Shown here one piece after another: positions 20,596 to 30,194 of a stretch of DNA of 64,000 nt. The notes beneath the pieces were generated by a model, which did no database searches, was not told the DNA's origin, and saw only the letters and a program-made list of their open reading frames with translations. The position numbers were made by a program, and so were the translations under genes. The number at the start of each line of letters is the position of its first letter. Positions within the stretch are counted from its first letter, which is position 1. Source of the stretch: Candidatus Thorarchaeota archaeon (lineage in GTDB: Archaea > Asgardarchaeota > Thorarchaeia > Thorarchaeales > Thorarchaeaceae); NCBI GenBank assembly GCA_016933575.1, contig JAFGAR010000040.1, positions 133,265 through 197,264 of the forward strand, written 5' to 3'.

Positions 20596-21087
20596 ATGGG
20601 TGTGATGAAGACTGCAGCTGTGAAAGGCATAATTCCATCTGGGAATAAAGTGAGTGAACTTCGATCTAATCTTCTACGATTAATAACAGAAACATCCATT
20701 GTTCTTGATGAGCGATTTGGTTCTGATGGTCTTCAAGCGATTGAAGAGATTTTTAGAAGATTGGGTGAAGAAGATGCAAAGGCAATGAAGGAGCGTCTTG
20801 GTTTTGGAAACTCATTAAAGGATGCTCTTGATGCATGGATGGTTATCGGTCATATAATGGGATCAAAAATGGAACCAACTTGGGTGTCCGAGAAAAGAGT
20901 TGAAGTAAGTCATAGTTATTGCCCACAACACGAGGAATTCATGAAACGTGGCAAGCTTTACTGCAATCAAGCATGCTTACCATATGTTGGTGCGATTGGT
21001 GAGAAAATAGGCCTCGGAGTTAAAATGGATGTTGTTCGTCCTGCGGATGAGAAAGATACCTGCATCAAAGCCCTATATGTACCATAA
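20596..21087 (+). CDS. V4R/ATC-hydrolase-like Cys-containing protein
   Basis: HSYCP...YCNQAC...DTC pattern. Confidence 0.55.
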   Translation: MGVMKTAAVKGIIPSGNKVSELRSNLLRLITETSIVLDERFGSDGLQAIEEIFRRLGEEDAKAMKERLGFGNSLKDALDAWMVIGHIMGSKMEPTWVSEKRVEVSHSYCPQHEEFMKRGKLYCNQACLPYVGAIGEKIGLGVKMDVVRPADEKDTCIKALYVP

Positions 21088-21098
21088 ATCAAGAATGC

Positions 21099-21740
21099 GT
21101 GAAACTCTTGGAATCAACTAGATTTGAGTTCGAAGTTGAAGAATTGACATTAGTAGGTATATTAAAGAAACCAGATATAAATTCCAATACTGCTGTCATT
21201 CTTCTTCACCCTCATCCACTTTATGGTGGAGATATGAATAATCATGTTGTAAGAGAGATGGAATCTCTCTTTCTCAACCTGGGATATACTACTCTCCGTT
21301 TTGATTTTAGAGGAACACAATCTCATCCTAAGGCATTTTCTGGAATATCTGGAGCTACGAAAGATGTTGATGAAGCTGCTATCGCTCTAGAAGATAGAGG
21401 TATTTCAATCAACGGTGTTATTGGTTACTCATTTGGAGGATCGACCACTCTCCGTTTTGCTTCGAAAAAGTCTCTGAACTTCATTATTACACTGAGTGCT
21501 TCATATACTCTACTTTGTGAAAATGAGTATCATTCAAATGAGTTATCATCCATCAAATGTCCCGTTCTTATGTTTCATGGGATATCTGATGATATGGTTC
21601 CATTCATGGATATGAATTCAATTTCACAATTATTGACCTGTCCTGTAAAATTGGTTGGTTTGGATCAAGAAAATCATTTTTACCAACAATCACTTGATCT
21701 TGTTAAAGACGAGATACGCACTTTTATCAATAGTATGTAA
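21099..21740 (+). CDS. Alpha/beta hydrolase
   Basis: HPHPLYGG.M.N, RFDFRG, GYSFG, D...HF. Confidence 0.9.
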   Translation: MKLLESTRFEFEVEELTLVGILKKPDINSNTAVILLHPHPLYGGDMNNHVVREMESLFLNLGYTTLRFDFRGTQSHPKAFSGISGATKDVDEAAIALEDRGISINGVIGYSFGGSTTLRFASKKSLNFIITLSASYTLLCENEYHSNELSSIKCPVLMFHGISDDMVPFMDMNSISQLLTCPVKLVGLDQENHFYQQSLDLVKDEIRTFINSM

Positions 21741-21804
21741 GGATTTGTTACCTCAGGGTTAGCCTTAAGTAGCCACTTTTTTGAATTTACGCAGGGAGTA
21801 TACC

Positions 21805-22488
21805 TTGTTGAAGGCCTTTGTATTTGATATGGATGGAACAATAACCGAACTCTCACTCCCATTAGAAGCAATGCGGCAAGATACTAAAGATTACTACATC
21901 AATAAGGGTCTACCTAGTGAATTGCTCGAGGCTGCTGATGGTATCTCTAGTTCTACAGCGAAGGCAAGAGACTATTTTCTTTCAAAAGGCATCAACCTGA
22001 ATGAATGGAATCAAATGGAAACAGAAGTTGATATGATTCTCAGCCAGCATGAAGGATTTGCTGCACAGTCTGCTAGACTATTGGATGGTACTCTGGATGT
22101 GGTAAAGAAACTCAGGAAACTTGGTTTCAGTACTGCTATTCTTACAAATAATGGTAGGTCTTCTGTCGATAAGATTATGGAACAAATTCCATTAGTAGAT
22201 TATTTCGATATTATCCAGACCCGTCACGAATCACCTCGCCCCAAGCCTTATCCAGATGGCCTTCTGAAAATAGTTTCTGATTTGGGTCTTAACAAGAATG
22301 AAATCGTCTATGTTGGGGATGCATTGATAGATGCAACAGCTGCAAAACGGGCTGGTATAGAATTCTGGGGTGTAGCAACCGGAGAAACACCTGCGCAGGC
22401 TTTGGTCAAAGCTGGAGCCTCCAAGGTATTTCCATCTCTCAATGGTATCTTAGAAGAGTCAACTTCTAGAATGCAAAAGTATGATTGA
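21805..22488 (+). CDS. HAD-family phosphatase (phosphoglycolate phosphatase-like)
   Basis: FDMDGT, TNN, KPYP, VGD...D. Confidence 0.9.
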   Translation: MLKAFVFDMDGTITELSLPLEAMRQDTKDYYINKGLPSELLEAADGISSSTAKARDYFLSKGINLNEWNQMETEVDMILSQHEGFAAQSARLLDGTLDVVKKLRKLGFSTAILTNNGRSSVDKIMEQIPLVDYFDIIQTRHESPRPKPYPDGLLKIVSDLGLNKNEIVYVGDALIDATAAKRAGIEFWGVATGETPAQALVKAGASKVFPSLNGILEESTSRMQKYD

Positions 22489-22508
22489 ATCCCTTGTCCA
22501 TTTGTTAA

Positions 22509-22542
22509 GTCAGCAAAAACGTTGCTGACTTATTGTTCTTTC
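22509..22542 (+). terminator. Hairpin terminator
   Basis: GTCAGCAA-AAACG-TTGCTGAC then TTATTGTTCTTT. Confidence 0.55.
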
Positions 22543-22702
22543 GCTATCTAGTAAGAATCAACACGGATTTGTTGCATCTGTCATCTTCATTGACTGATAT
22601 CCGTAACCGGCTTGTGGCCTTGTTAGAATGCAACTCTGGAGAGCTATCTTGATGAATACTATCTGACTGAAGGTTATATACGGTTTCGCGTCTATTTCTA
22701 TT

Positions 22703-23152
22703 GTGACAGGCAGTATTTCAATATTCGAAGAAGTAAGCACGCAACTTGAGGTCAACGACCAAATGACAATTGATGAGGGAACATACTTAGTATTGCGTTC
22801 AGCATCTGGAGCATTCACTTGTAGATATCCTCCTGTGCCTCGTATTTGGAACTCAGTTGACCGACCACATGTTGCTCTTCTTCTGCCTGATACTAAAGGT
22901 ATCTTCACAGTATTTCTCTCGCAGCCTGAACATAGTGAATTTCCACGAAGCAAGAAACTTGATACTGTAGATCTCAATACACTACCATCAAAATCTATCA
23001 TTGAAATCCGGCATAATAATGCACACTATGCCTATTATCGTCGGGATAACGGTTCTTGGACAAAAGTCGCTGAGGCTAATGATCCATTCGTTGTTGAAGT
23101 ATTTTCTCATGGTTATGCTCCAATTGTAATGAATCTTATTCCCACGATTTGA
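22703..23152 (+). CDS. Hypothetical protein
   Basis: 149-aa ORF, TTATATA box about 25 nt upstream. Confidence 0.65.
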   Translation: MTGSISIFEEVSTQLEVNDQMTIDEGTYLVLRSASGAFTCRYPPVPRIWNSVDRPHVALLLPDTKGIFTVFLSQPEHSEFPRSKKLDTVDLNTLPSKSIIEIRHNNAHYAYYRRDNGSWTKVAEANDPFVVEVFSHGYAPIVMNLIPTI

Positions 23153-23222
23153 ATCAGCTACTAGTTTATCAATTCTAGAAGAAGCAAATCAATATTGGGT
23201 GTGGTAGCGGGATAATTTTGAA

Positions 23223-23321
23223 GGTGTGAGGAGCGCAAGGAAAAAAAGATTGCATGGTTGTTTGCTTGAGGAGAGGATGTGTGTTAGGATTTCAGGAGGG
23301 AGAAATGCGCTCCTCAACATC
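23223..23321 (-). ncRNA. Candidate sRNA 1: terminal stem with CU-rich loop
   Basis: 11-bp perfect arms 23227-23237/23306-23316; minus-strand loop UUUCUCCCUCC...CCUCUCCUC; TTTTTATATG about 26 nt upstream. Confidence 0.5.
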
Positions 23322-23522
23322 TATCAATATTATTTTACTTAATTTACATATAAAAATTATATGATTTATGAAATCACCAATTGATTTTACACCTTGCAAG
23401 ATTTTCATCTTCATCAACTAATTTGGCGTGGAAACCACTGATCACACCATAATTTCTCTAGTAATAATATTCGCAATCCGACATTTGCTTAAATGTATTC
23501 ATAACTATACTCTATTAGAATT

Positions 23523-23600
23523 AGGGGGCCTTTCTCTCTCAGAAGCGTTTCTCTCCTTCCATGTTCTCTTTGGGCCCCCTCTCTCTCAACACTATTTTTT
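23523..23600 (+). ncRNA. Candidate sRNA 2: terminal stem with CU-rich loop
   Basis: AGGGGGCC/GGCCCCCT stem; loop UUUCUCUCUC...UUUCUCUCCUUCC; TTAAAT at 23489; T6 at end. Confidence 0.5.
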
Positions 23601-23727
23601 CAGAGATCATCATGTTGATATCGAAATATCATTCTTCTCACGATACTCATGTTCTCGTGCCAATAATTGAATAATAGTATAGGACAGTTACACTTATATC
23701 CTAATATGAACTATTATAATATGGACT

Positions 23728-23840
23728 GGGGGTCCGAAACGACCTTCACAAATCTGTTCAATCTCCTCTCCTCTCTCTCCCTAACGTCCGACCGAACCGC
23801 GAATTCTCGTTTGTTCTCAGGACCCCCTCTCTCCTCCTTC
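23728..23840 (+). ncRNA. Candidate sRNA 3: terminal stem with CU-rich loop
   Basis: GGGGGTCC/GGACCCCC stem; loop CUCCUCUCCUCUCUCUCCC; CTTATA at 23693. Confidence 0.5.
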
Positions 23841-23901
23841 TAATGTGTGACATACAATTATTCAACAGCCAGCAAGTTTTAAAGGAGTTACTTCTGGTGC
23901 C

Positions 23902-24414
23902 ATGCCAAGGCGAGAAACCGTGTCTGTGGCAAAGAAAGCAATTGATAGCTCACTTCGACGAATTCTTAATTACACAGCAGAAATTATCATGTCCATCATT
24001 TTACTAGTAATACTCTGCATACCCCTAATGTTCACTATTCCCATGTGGTTTCAATATGTCGTGCTTGGCGCACCACGGTTTAATTTGTCACTTGATCCTG
24101 TGATATGGTTTGGTATGGATGGAGCACTCTGGGTAACACTATTTCTTGGTCTCGTGAGTTTCGGAATATCATACGTTTACATTCTCAAGATGCACCCTGG
24201 TATCTCTTCAGCTAGTGATAAGGTATCTGATGCCGAGTTATCTCTAGAAGCGGATGAGGATAGCCTTGAAGAAATCGAAGATGAAGATATCCCATCAGAA
24301 GAACTGATAGAAGATGAAGATATTCCACTTGAAGACCAAGAGGATGAAGATACGCCTGTTTCAGACATAGATGAAGAAATCCTTGAAGAAGATGAAACCG
24401 AGGACGAAGAATAA
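23902..24414 (+). CDS. Two-TM protein with long acidic repeat tail
   Basis: Hydrophobic N-half; three EE(x)IEDEDIP-like repeats. Confidence 0.75.
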   Translation: MPRRETVSVAKKAIDSSLRRILNYTAEIIMSIILLVILCIPLMFTIPMWFQYVVLGAPRFNLSLDPVIWFGMDGALWVTLFLGLVSFGISYVYILKMHPGISSASDKVSDAELSLEADEDSLEEIEDEDIPSEELIEDEDIPLEDQEDEDTPVSDIDEEILEEDETEDEE

Positions 24415-24430
24415 TTCTTCGTCTCTGCTT

Positions 24431-25246
24431 CTATTTCTTTTCCAATTTTATTTTAGTTGATAAATTATCAACAAGAGCTGAAAATGATTTTGAAACTATA
24501 GACTCTGGTTCTTCCATGACAAATGGAGTGCCTTCATCACTAAGCGTAATCACTCTTGGGTCAAGTGGCAATGTGCCAAGATGTTCTATTCCATATTCTT
24601 CAGAAGCTTTCTTAGCTGCACCTTCGCCGAAGATTTTGTAAGATTCGCCACATTTTGGGCAGACAAATTCAGCCATGTTTTCTATGATACCTAAGACTGG
24701 AACTCCCATCTTTTCAACAAGTTGAATGGCTCTTCTTGCATCTAAAACAGCTACTTCTTGAGGGGTTGATACGATGATAACGCCATCAATATCTGGGATT
24801 GATTGTAGAATACTTAGAATTTCGTCTCCAGTTCCAGGCGGAAGGTCGACAACAAGCATATCTAGTTCTCCCCACTTGACATTGGCCAAGAATTGACTAA
24901 TAGCTTTTGCTACCAATGGGCCTCTCCAGGCTACTGCGTCATCATCCTTTCGTAATAGAAATGCCATACTCATGACTTTCACATCAAGAGGTCCGAGGAT
25001 TGGATCAATAAAGTCCCCCTCTGCAGTTGGATGTTGTCCTTCTAATCCGAGTAATTTGGGTACGTTAGGACCGTAGATATCGACGTCCAGTATTCCCGAT
25101 GAATATCCTCGCATCGCAAATGATATAGCAAGATTGGTTGCAACAGTTGTTTTGCCAACGCCACCTTTACCTGATAAAACAACTATCTTATGTTTGATAG
25201 ATTTCATATTCTCTGCGACTTCTGGAGGAACTAATGATTTTGCCAT
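24431..25246 (-). CDS. mrp: Mrp/Nbp35/ApbC Fe-S cluster carrier ATPase
   Basis: SGKGGVGKT, DVDIYGP, WRGP, DLPPGTGD, ENM...CPKC. Confidence 0.95.
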   Translation of the reverse strand: MAKSLVPPEVAENMKSIKHKIVVLSGKGGVGKTTVATNLAISFAMRGYSSGILDVDIYGPNVPKLLGLEGQHPTAEGDFIDPILGPLDVKVMSMAFLLRKDDDAVAWRGPLVAKAISQFLANVKWGELDMLVVDLPPGTGDEILSILQSIPDIDGVIIVSTPQEVAVLDARRAIQLVEKMGVPVLGIIENMAEFVCPKCGESYKIFGEGAAKKASEEYGIEHLGTLPLDPRVITLSDEGTPFVMEEPESIVSKSFSALVDNLSTKIKLEKK

Positions 25247-25310
25247 GGTTATCGAAGCTGAGTCGCTTGTTGATTTCTAATAAAATATCGCATACGTCCA
25301 AAAATCAATT

Positions 25311-26135
25311 TCATTCTGTGCCATTGAATCTATTCAATATCTTTCTTGCGAGATGTTCATTTGAAGCTGCAACAAAGCTCATCATCACATCCGGATTCAA
25401 TTTGGTATGAAACCGGTTTCCCTCGGAATCAAGGACGAATCCACCAGCTTCGTTGACCATGTGTGTTCCTGAGAGATGGATTATTGGAAGCATACCTCGG
25501 AGATCTACCATACCATCAAGAAATCCAGAGGCAGTCCAACATAGATCAAGAAGATTGCTGGCTGTCCTTCTTGTGTCTTGGAGTGAGCTAATTGTTTTAG
25601 TTGAGTTTTGAATGAATGTGGCGTCCCGTGTCTTCTTTGTATCATAGGATACAATTGCCTCTTCCATTGGTACTGGATTCGCGACATGAACCGATTTCCT
25701 GTTCCTTGTGACGCCTTTTCCTGATATTGCAATATAGCACTCATCAGTAAAGACCGATTCAATTATACTCAATTCTGCATCATCTGAGGTCATGATATCT
25801 TTGTAGGGAACAATTGAGATGCCAATCGTTACTAACGGAATCCCTCTCGCAAGATTAGCAGAACCGTCGATTGGATCAACTAGTGCCAAGTATTCTGGTT
25901 TCTTCTCACTCTGGATGTATCCTCTTTCCTCGGTTAAAATAGCAAAATTAACATCAGAACTTTGTAAAATAGAAATAATCTCATCTTCCGCTTTGAGATC
26001 AAGAACTAGTGTTTTATCTCCATATGGATTGACGGAGCCTGATTTTGCTTTAGCCTGTTCCAGATTTTCAAGAATGCATCTCTTTGCAGTGATCACTGCC
26101 TCCTGAATTGTATCTAGTATTGTCATATCCATCAA
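25311..26135 (-). CDS. Inositol monophosphatase/FBPase family
   Basis: TEE, DPIDGS, EAGG. Confidence 0.88.
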   Translation of the reverse strand: MMDMTILDTIQEAVITAKRCILENLEQAKAKSGSVNPYGDKTLVLDLKAEDEIISILQSSDVNFAILTEERGYIQSEKKPEYLALVDPIDGSANLARGIPLVTIGISIVPYKDIMTSDDAELSIIESVFTDECYIAISGKGVTRNRKSVHVANPVPMEEAIVSYDTKKTRDATFIQNSTKTISSLQDTRRTASNLLDLCWTASGFLDGMVDLRGMLPIIHLSGTHMVNEAGGFVLDSEGNRFHTKLNPDVMMSFVAASNEHLARKILNRFNGTE

Positions 26136-26337
26136 GCTCAGCTTTTCTTTTGCCTTGTAGCTTGTAAATAGTTATCCTAATGGTTTTGTTATTGTATCTT
26201 CATTGTTCTTTACTAATGGTTTCTGAACGAGTACCGATATTATTTTGCTGTATTTGTTAGATACTTAGCCAGTTAGACAATACCTTAAATGGTTCAAAGC
26301 ATGAAATTAAATCGTAAAGAATACCATGGTGAGTTCA

Positions 26338-27003
26338 ATGGGTTTCCTAAGTGGTAAGAAGAAAGTTGATGCCGAACGTGGAATTCTCGAGATGAAGGGC
26401 ACAATGAATGCATTGACCCTTAGAGTCAGGCGACTTGAGACTAGAATGGTTGAGGAGCAGAAATCCGCAAAGGAAGCTATGTCAAAGGGAAACCGCTCTA
26501 TGGCTCGTTCTCACCTCAGTATTGTAGTAGATCTTGAAAATAGAAAGGCTAGATACCAGCAGCAGTTCCTGACTTTGGAGACCGCACTTCTTAATTTAGA
26601 GGAAGCAAAAACACAATCAGAAGTACTTCGAGCCTTCAGTATTGCCAATGACGCTCTTACGGAGGCAAGGTCTCTACTAAAGCCTGAAGAAATCCAGACT
26701 CAACTTGATAGACTCTCTGAATCCTTTGAGCACATCTCGATAGCTGGTGAGTTGTTATCAGAAGACCTCACTGGTGCAGATTCAACAATTGAGATGGAAG
26801 AGCGCGTTGACCGTGAGCTTGATGCAATGGAAGCAGAGATTCTATTAGAGAAAGAAGGTGTGCTTCCGCCACTTGAAGCTGAGGGTGGGAAGAAACTTGG
26901 CGAAGGCACTGCAGAGACTGCGGGTGAAAAGCGGATTGATGACCTTCTTGCTGAACTTGAGAGGGAAGCCCGTGAAGAACGCGAGAGGGAAGCTGAGGGT
27001 TAA
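26338..27003 (+). CDS. ESCRT-III Snf7-family protein (Vps20/32/60-like)
   Basis: MGFLSGKKK N-terminus, basic helical hairpin (AKEAMSKGNRSMARSHL), acidic C-half, EERVDRELDAMEAE, LPP and terminal IDDLLAELE helix. Confidence 0.8.
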   Translation: MGFLSGKKKVDAERGILEMKGTMNALTLRVRRLETRMVEEQKSAKEAMSKGNRSMARSHLSIVVDLENRKARYQQQFLTLETALLNLEEAKTQSEVLRAFSIANDALTEARSLLKPEEIQTQLDRLSESFEHISIAGELLSEDLTGADSTIEMEERVDRELDAMEAEILLEKEGVLPPLEAEGGKKLGEGTAETAGEKRIDDLLAELEREAREEREREAEG

Positions 27004-27041
27004 GCTTCACTTGTATCTTTTTTCCACAGGTGCTATGTATT

Positions 27042-27686
27042 ATGGATATTCAATTAGTTGTCTTCGACGTTGATGGCACTCTTACTCAACACAGTAGCAT
27101 ATGGTGGCGATTGCATGAGCTATTTGGTACCACCAAAGAAGGTAGAGTATACTTCGACCAATATTTTGCAGGCAAGATAAATTACCAACAATGGGCTGAT
27201 TACGATGCTGCTCTTTGGACTGGAAAACCAGTGGATATCGTTCTAGAAGCTGTGAGGAATACAAAGCTTGTCCCAGGGGCTCAAGAAGCTGTTTCAATAT
27301 TAACTAAGCACAATATTCATTCAGCTATTCTTTCTGGTGGATTAGACATTATGGCTGATGACATAGCCGAACGAATCGGTATCGATTATGTGTTGACCAA
27401 TAAACTTGGACGAAAGAATGGATTCTTGACCGGGACTGTAGAAAATGTCATTGGTTGGGCAGAGAAAGCTGAGCATATTGGTAAAATTACGGATCATTTT
27501 GGTGTGACACTCAAGCAGACCGCGTTTATTGGTGATGGGCGTAACGACATAAGTGTCTTTTCTGTTGTTGGACTCTCAATCGCATTTAATCCCGAACATC
27601 AAGAGGTAGCTGAAGCAGCCAATGTTGTCGTGAGAGAGAAAGATCTTCGCGCTATCCTTCCTCATATTATATCGGAGTACCAGTGA
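27042..27686 (+). CDS. serB: Phosphoserine phosphatase-like HAD (IB)
   Basis: FDVDGTL, SGG, K, GDGRND. Confidence 0.75.
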   Translation: MDIQLVVFDVDGTLTQHSSIWWRLHELFGTTKEGRVYFDQYFAGKINYQQWADYDAALWTGKPVDIVLEAVRNTKLVPGAQEAVSILTKHNIHSAILSGGLDIMADDIAERIGIDYVLTNKLGRKNGFLTGTVENVIGWAEKAEHIGKITDHFGVTLKQTAFIGDGRNDISVFSVVGLSIAFNPEHQEVAEAANVVVREKDLRAILPHIISEYQ

Positions 27687-28821
27687 TTAGCAGAACAAAG
27701 ACATACACCTGTAGAAGTATGATCATTGCTCCTTCAAAGAAATCTAGTTTGTGATCGTCTGTAATTGCTCGTTTCAAGAACCACAGACTCCCTGCAATTA
27801 CTATTATCTGGAATAGAACATAGCGGTCCAATGGTACTGGTACAAATATTCCAATACCACCCATAACAAGTAAGACAATCTGGAGTACACCTCCAATTAG
27901 ATTACCTACTGCAAGTCCAACTTTTCCTTTTGATGCTGCTATCAATGCAATTCCATGTTCTGGTAATGCTCCTGCCGAACCAAGAATGAGGGCTGCCACG
28001 GTTATATGGTTGACACCTAGTAATCCAATTGTTGTGGCATGTTCCTCTAGAAGAATCTCAACGGAGTTTGTCAGTATTTCGCCAGCGAAGAAAATACCGA
28101 CGAATCCCATAATAGTTAGAATAAGGGCACTTTTCTTGAAGTGACTCGATTTTGCAGGAACACTATTTTCAGTGACATCTCCAGTTGCTAGTGACCAGGA
28201 ATAGATTATGTATGAAAGGAACAGAACAAAGGCTGCAATTGGAGGGAATTTTGGATCAATCGGTGCATTTGGTCCTATAATATCTACAATTCCCAGAGCG
28301 AACATACTGACCAGTGCTACTATGGTCCATCTGATTAATACAGAGTCTTTCCTGATAGCTTCTGCTGGAACCTCCATATCTGGAGCGCCTTTTGTTGAAA
28401 TGACGATTGTAAGTCCCAGCAAGAGCATATTGAAACCAGCTGCAATAAGAACCGAGAGAACTGCAATATCTAGCAAATCTGGATTGCCACTTGACCATCC
28501 GGTGTAAGCTGCTATTCCACTAATTACAGCCTCTGGCATGTTACTAGCTAGGCTGGATAACATTCCTGCCATATATGCAGTGTACCCAAGATGTCCTGCC
28601 ATGCTTTCCATTCCTTCGACTGCCCATTCTGATGGTCTGAATGCAAGCCATATGCCCACCATAATACCAAGAATCAGTACCAATGTAGGTTCAATACCCG
28701 TGAGTCGAAGATAGAAATAGACAATTATTAGGAAACCAATGACAGCGAATTCCTTCTTTCCTGCTACTAGGGACTCTCTTACTCCATGAAAATGTGTGGT
28801 ATCATTGGTCAGATCTTCGAT
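27667..28821 (-). CDS. Ca2+/cation antiporter (CaCA family); start probably upstream of the ORF-track TTG
   Basis: Alpha-repeat motifs SNMPE and GALPEH...GNLIG; frame stays open 55 codons upstream of 28683 and encodes another TM helix. Confidence 0.8.
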   Translation of the reverse strand: MEDLTNDTTHFHGVRESLVAGKKEFAVIGFLIIVYFYLRLTGIEPTLVLILGIMVGIWLAFRPSEWAVEGMESMAGHLGYTAYMAGMLSSLASNMPEAVISGIAAYTGWSSGNPDLLDIAVLSVLIAAGFNMLLLGLTIVISTKGAPDMEVPAEAIRKDSVLIRWTIVALVSMFALGIVDIIGPNAPIDPKFPPIAAFVLFLSYIIYSWSLATGDVTENSVPAKSSHFKKSALILTIMGFVGIFFAGEILTNSVEILLEEHATTIGLLGVNHITVAALILGSAGALPEHGIALIAASKGKVGLAVGNLIGGVLQIVLLVMGGIGIFVPVPLDRYVLFQIIVIAGSLWFLKRAITDDHKLDFFEGAMIILLQVYVFVLLITGTPI

Positions 28822-28901
28822 TTTTGATTCCCCCAGGTCAGTTATTTGCTAGAACCGTTTTTCAAAATGATTGCTAATAATAATGATGGTTCCTAGTATT
28901 A

Positions 28902-30086
28902 TCACAGCTTAATGTTCGTATATCTTGCTCCGTTTCCTGTATTAAGAAGAATTACTTCTTCATCAAAATCGATTGCACCCGATTCAATTAGATTTCTAAG
29001 GCCTGCAATCCCCACAGCGCTCTCAGGACAGATATCAAGTCCTTCTAATTTGCCTACCATCCTTCTAATTGGAGCAATATCCTGATCTGCCACAGCAACT
29101 GCTCCTCCTCCTGATTTTCTAATAGCATTAAGTATCTCTCTCCCAGCAAAAGGACTTGGAACTCGAAGGCCAAGTGCCGTTGTGTCTCCATTCACCCAAG
29201 GTTCAAGATTATCAGTACCCTTTTCAATTGCTCTGACGACAGGTGCACATCCACCACTTTGTGCAGCATAGAGTCTTGGTCTTTCACTTCCAATCAAACC
29301 CAATGCCTCTAATTCTTCAAATGCTTTCCAAATTCCGATGATTGCCGTTCCTCCACCTGTGGGACATATTATGACATCCGGAACAGACCACCCCATCTGT
29401 TCAGAGATTTCAAATCCGAGAGTCTTCTTTCCCTCAACTCTGTATGGTTCTTTCGTAGTGGAGAGATCAGTCCAATCTCCATTTCGTTTTCGCATTTCTT
29501 GCCCTGCTTCAGATATCGTTCCTTTTACACGAACTATTTCTGCACCAAATAAGGTACATTGCTCGAAGAATGGTTCTGGAGTATCATCAGGCATGAAGAT
29601 GTGAGCTGATACACCCGCAGCTGCACTATACGCACTTGTTGATACAGCGGCATTTCCAGCTGATGGAAGACCAAAACTCTTGGCACCTAATTCGAGGCTT
29701 TTTGATATTGCAACACAGAGACCCCTATCTTTGAAACTCCCTGTCGGATTCTGAGCCTCATCTTTGATTCTTAACATCCTCAAACCAAGATGCTTTCCCA
29801 ATTGTCTCGAGAGAAGAAGAGGTGTCCACCCTTCACCAAGGCTAACAACGTATGATGGGGATTTCACAGGTAGCAGTTGAGAGTATCTCCACATTGAGTT
29901 CATCTCAGATGGAAATACCTCAGTATCAATTTCCTCTCTGACACCACTCATATCATATACTACAAACAAGGGAGACCCACATACACAATATGTTGCTAAA
30001 TTGTCTGCTGAGTGTTTCCTTCTGCATTGCGGACACTCAAGATGGGAAATATGAGAAATCAATAGAAATACTCCACCTCTAGACAT
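28902..30086 (-). CDS. thrC: Threonine synthase (PLP, fold type II)
   Basis: N-terminal Cys knuckle, SLGEGWTPL, NPTGSFKDRG, PTGGG, NTG. Confidence 0.85.
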   Translation of the reverse strand: MSRGGVFLLISHISHLECPQCRRKHSADNLATYCVCGSPLFVVYDMSGVREEIDTEVFPSEMNSMWRYSQLLPVKSPSYVVSLGEGWTPLLLSRQLGKHLGLRMLRIKDEAQNPTGSFKDRGLCVAISKSLELGAKSFGLPSAGNAAVSTSAYSAAAGVSAHIFMPDDTPEPFFEQCTLFGAEIVRVKGTISEAGQEMRKRNGDWTDLSTTKEPYRVEGKKTLGFEISEQMGWSVPDVIICPTGGGTAIIGIWKAFEELEALGLIGSERPRLYAAQSGGCAPVVRAIEKGTDNLEPWVNGDTTALGLRVPSPFAGREILNAIRKSGGGAVAVADQDIAPIRRMVGKLEGLDICPESAVGIAGLRNLIESGAIDFDEEVILLNTGNGARYTNIKL

Positions 30087-30194
30087 TATTTATTCGGTCT
30101 ACTTATAGATAAGCATGTAGGATTGTTTGAATGGACACCCTTATTTATTGTTAAAGACCCATGTCCTGTATTATAATTCAAAGGTGCGACATAC

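Noticed and set aside
22558-23001. 147-aa minus-strand ORF and the many other short antisense ORFs in the track
   Set aside because: They overlap better-supported genes on the other strand or frame and have no motifs or SD sites
23428-23670. 80-aa ORF in the intergenic gap
   Set aside because: No SD, low-complexity translation, runs across TATA-like boxes and a hairpin element; the non-coding interpretation fits better
23728-23827. GGUCCGA in candidate sRNA 3 resembling the Y RNA Ro60 site
   Set aside because: The opposite strand pairs both Cs, so the bulged C is absent, and there is no Ro60 gene in the window
23223-23840. CRISPR array or replication origin
   Set aside because: No identical regularly spaced repeats, no cas or cdc6/orc1 gene, no ORB consensus
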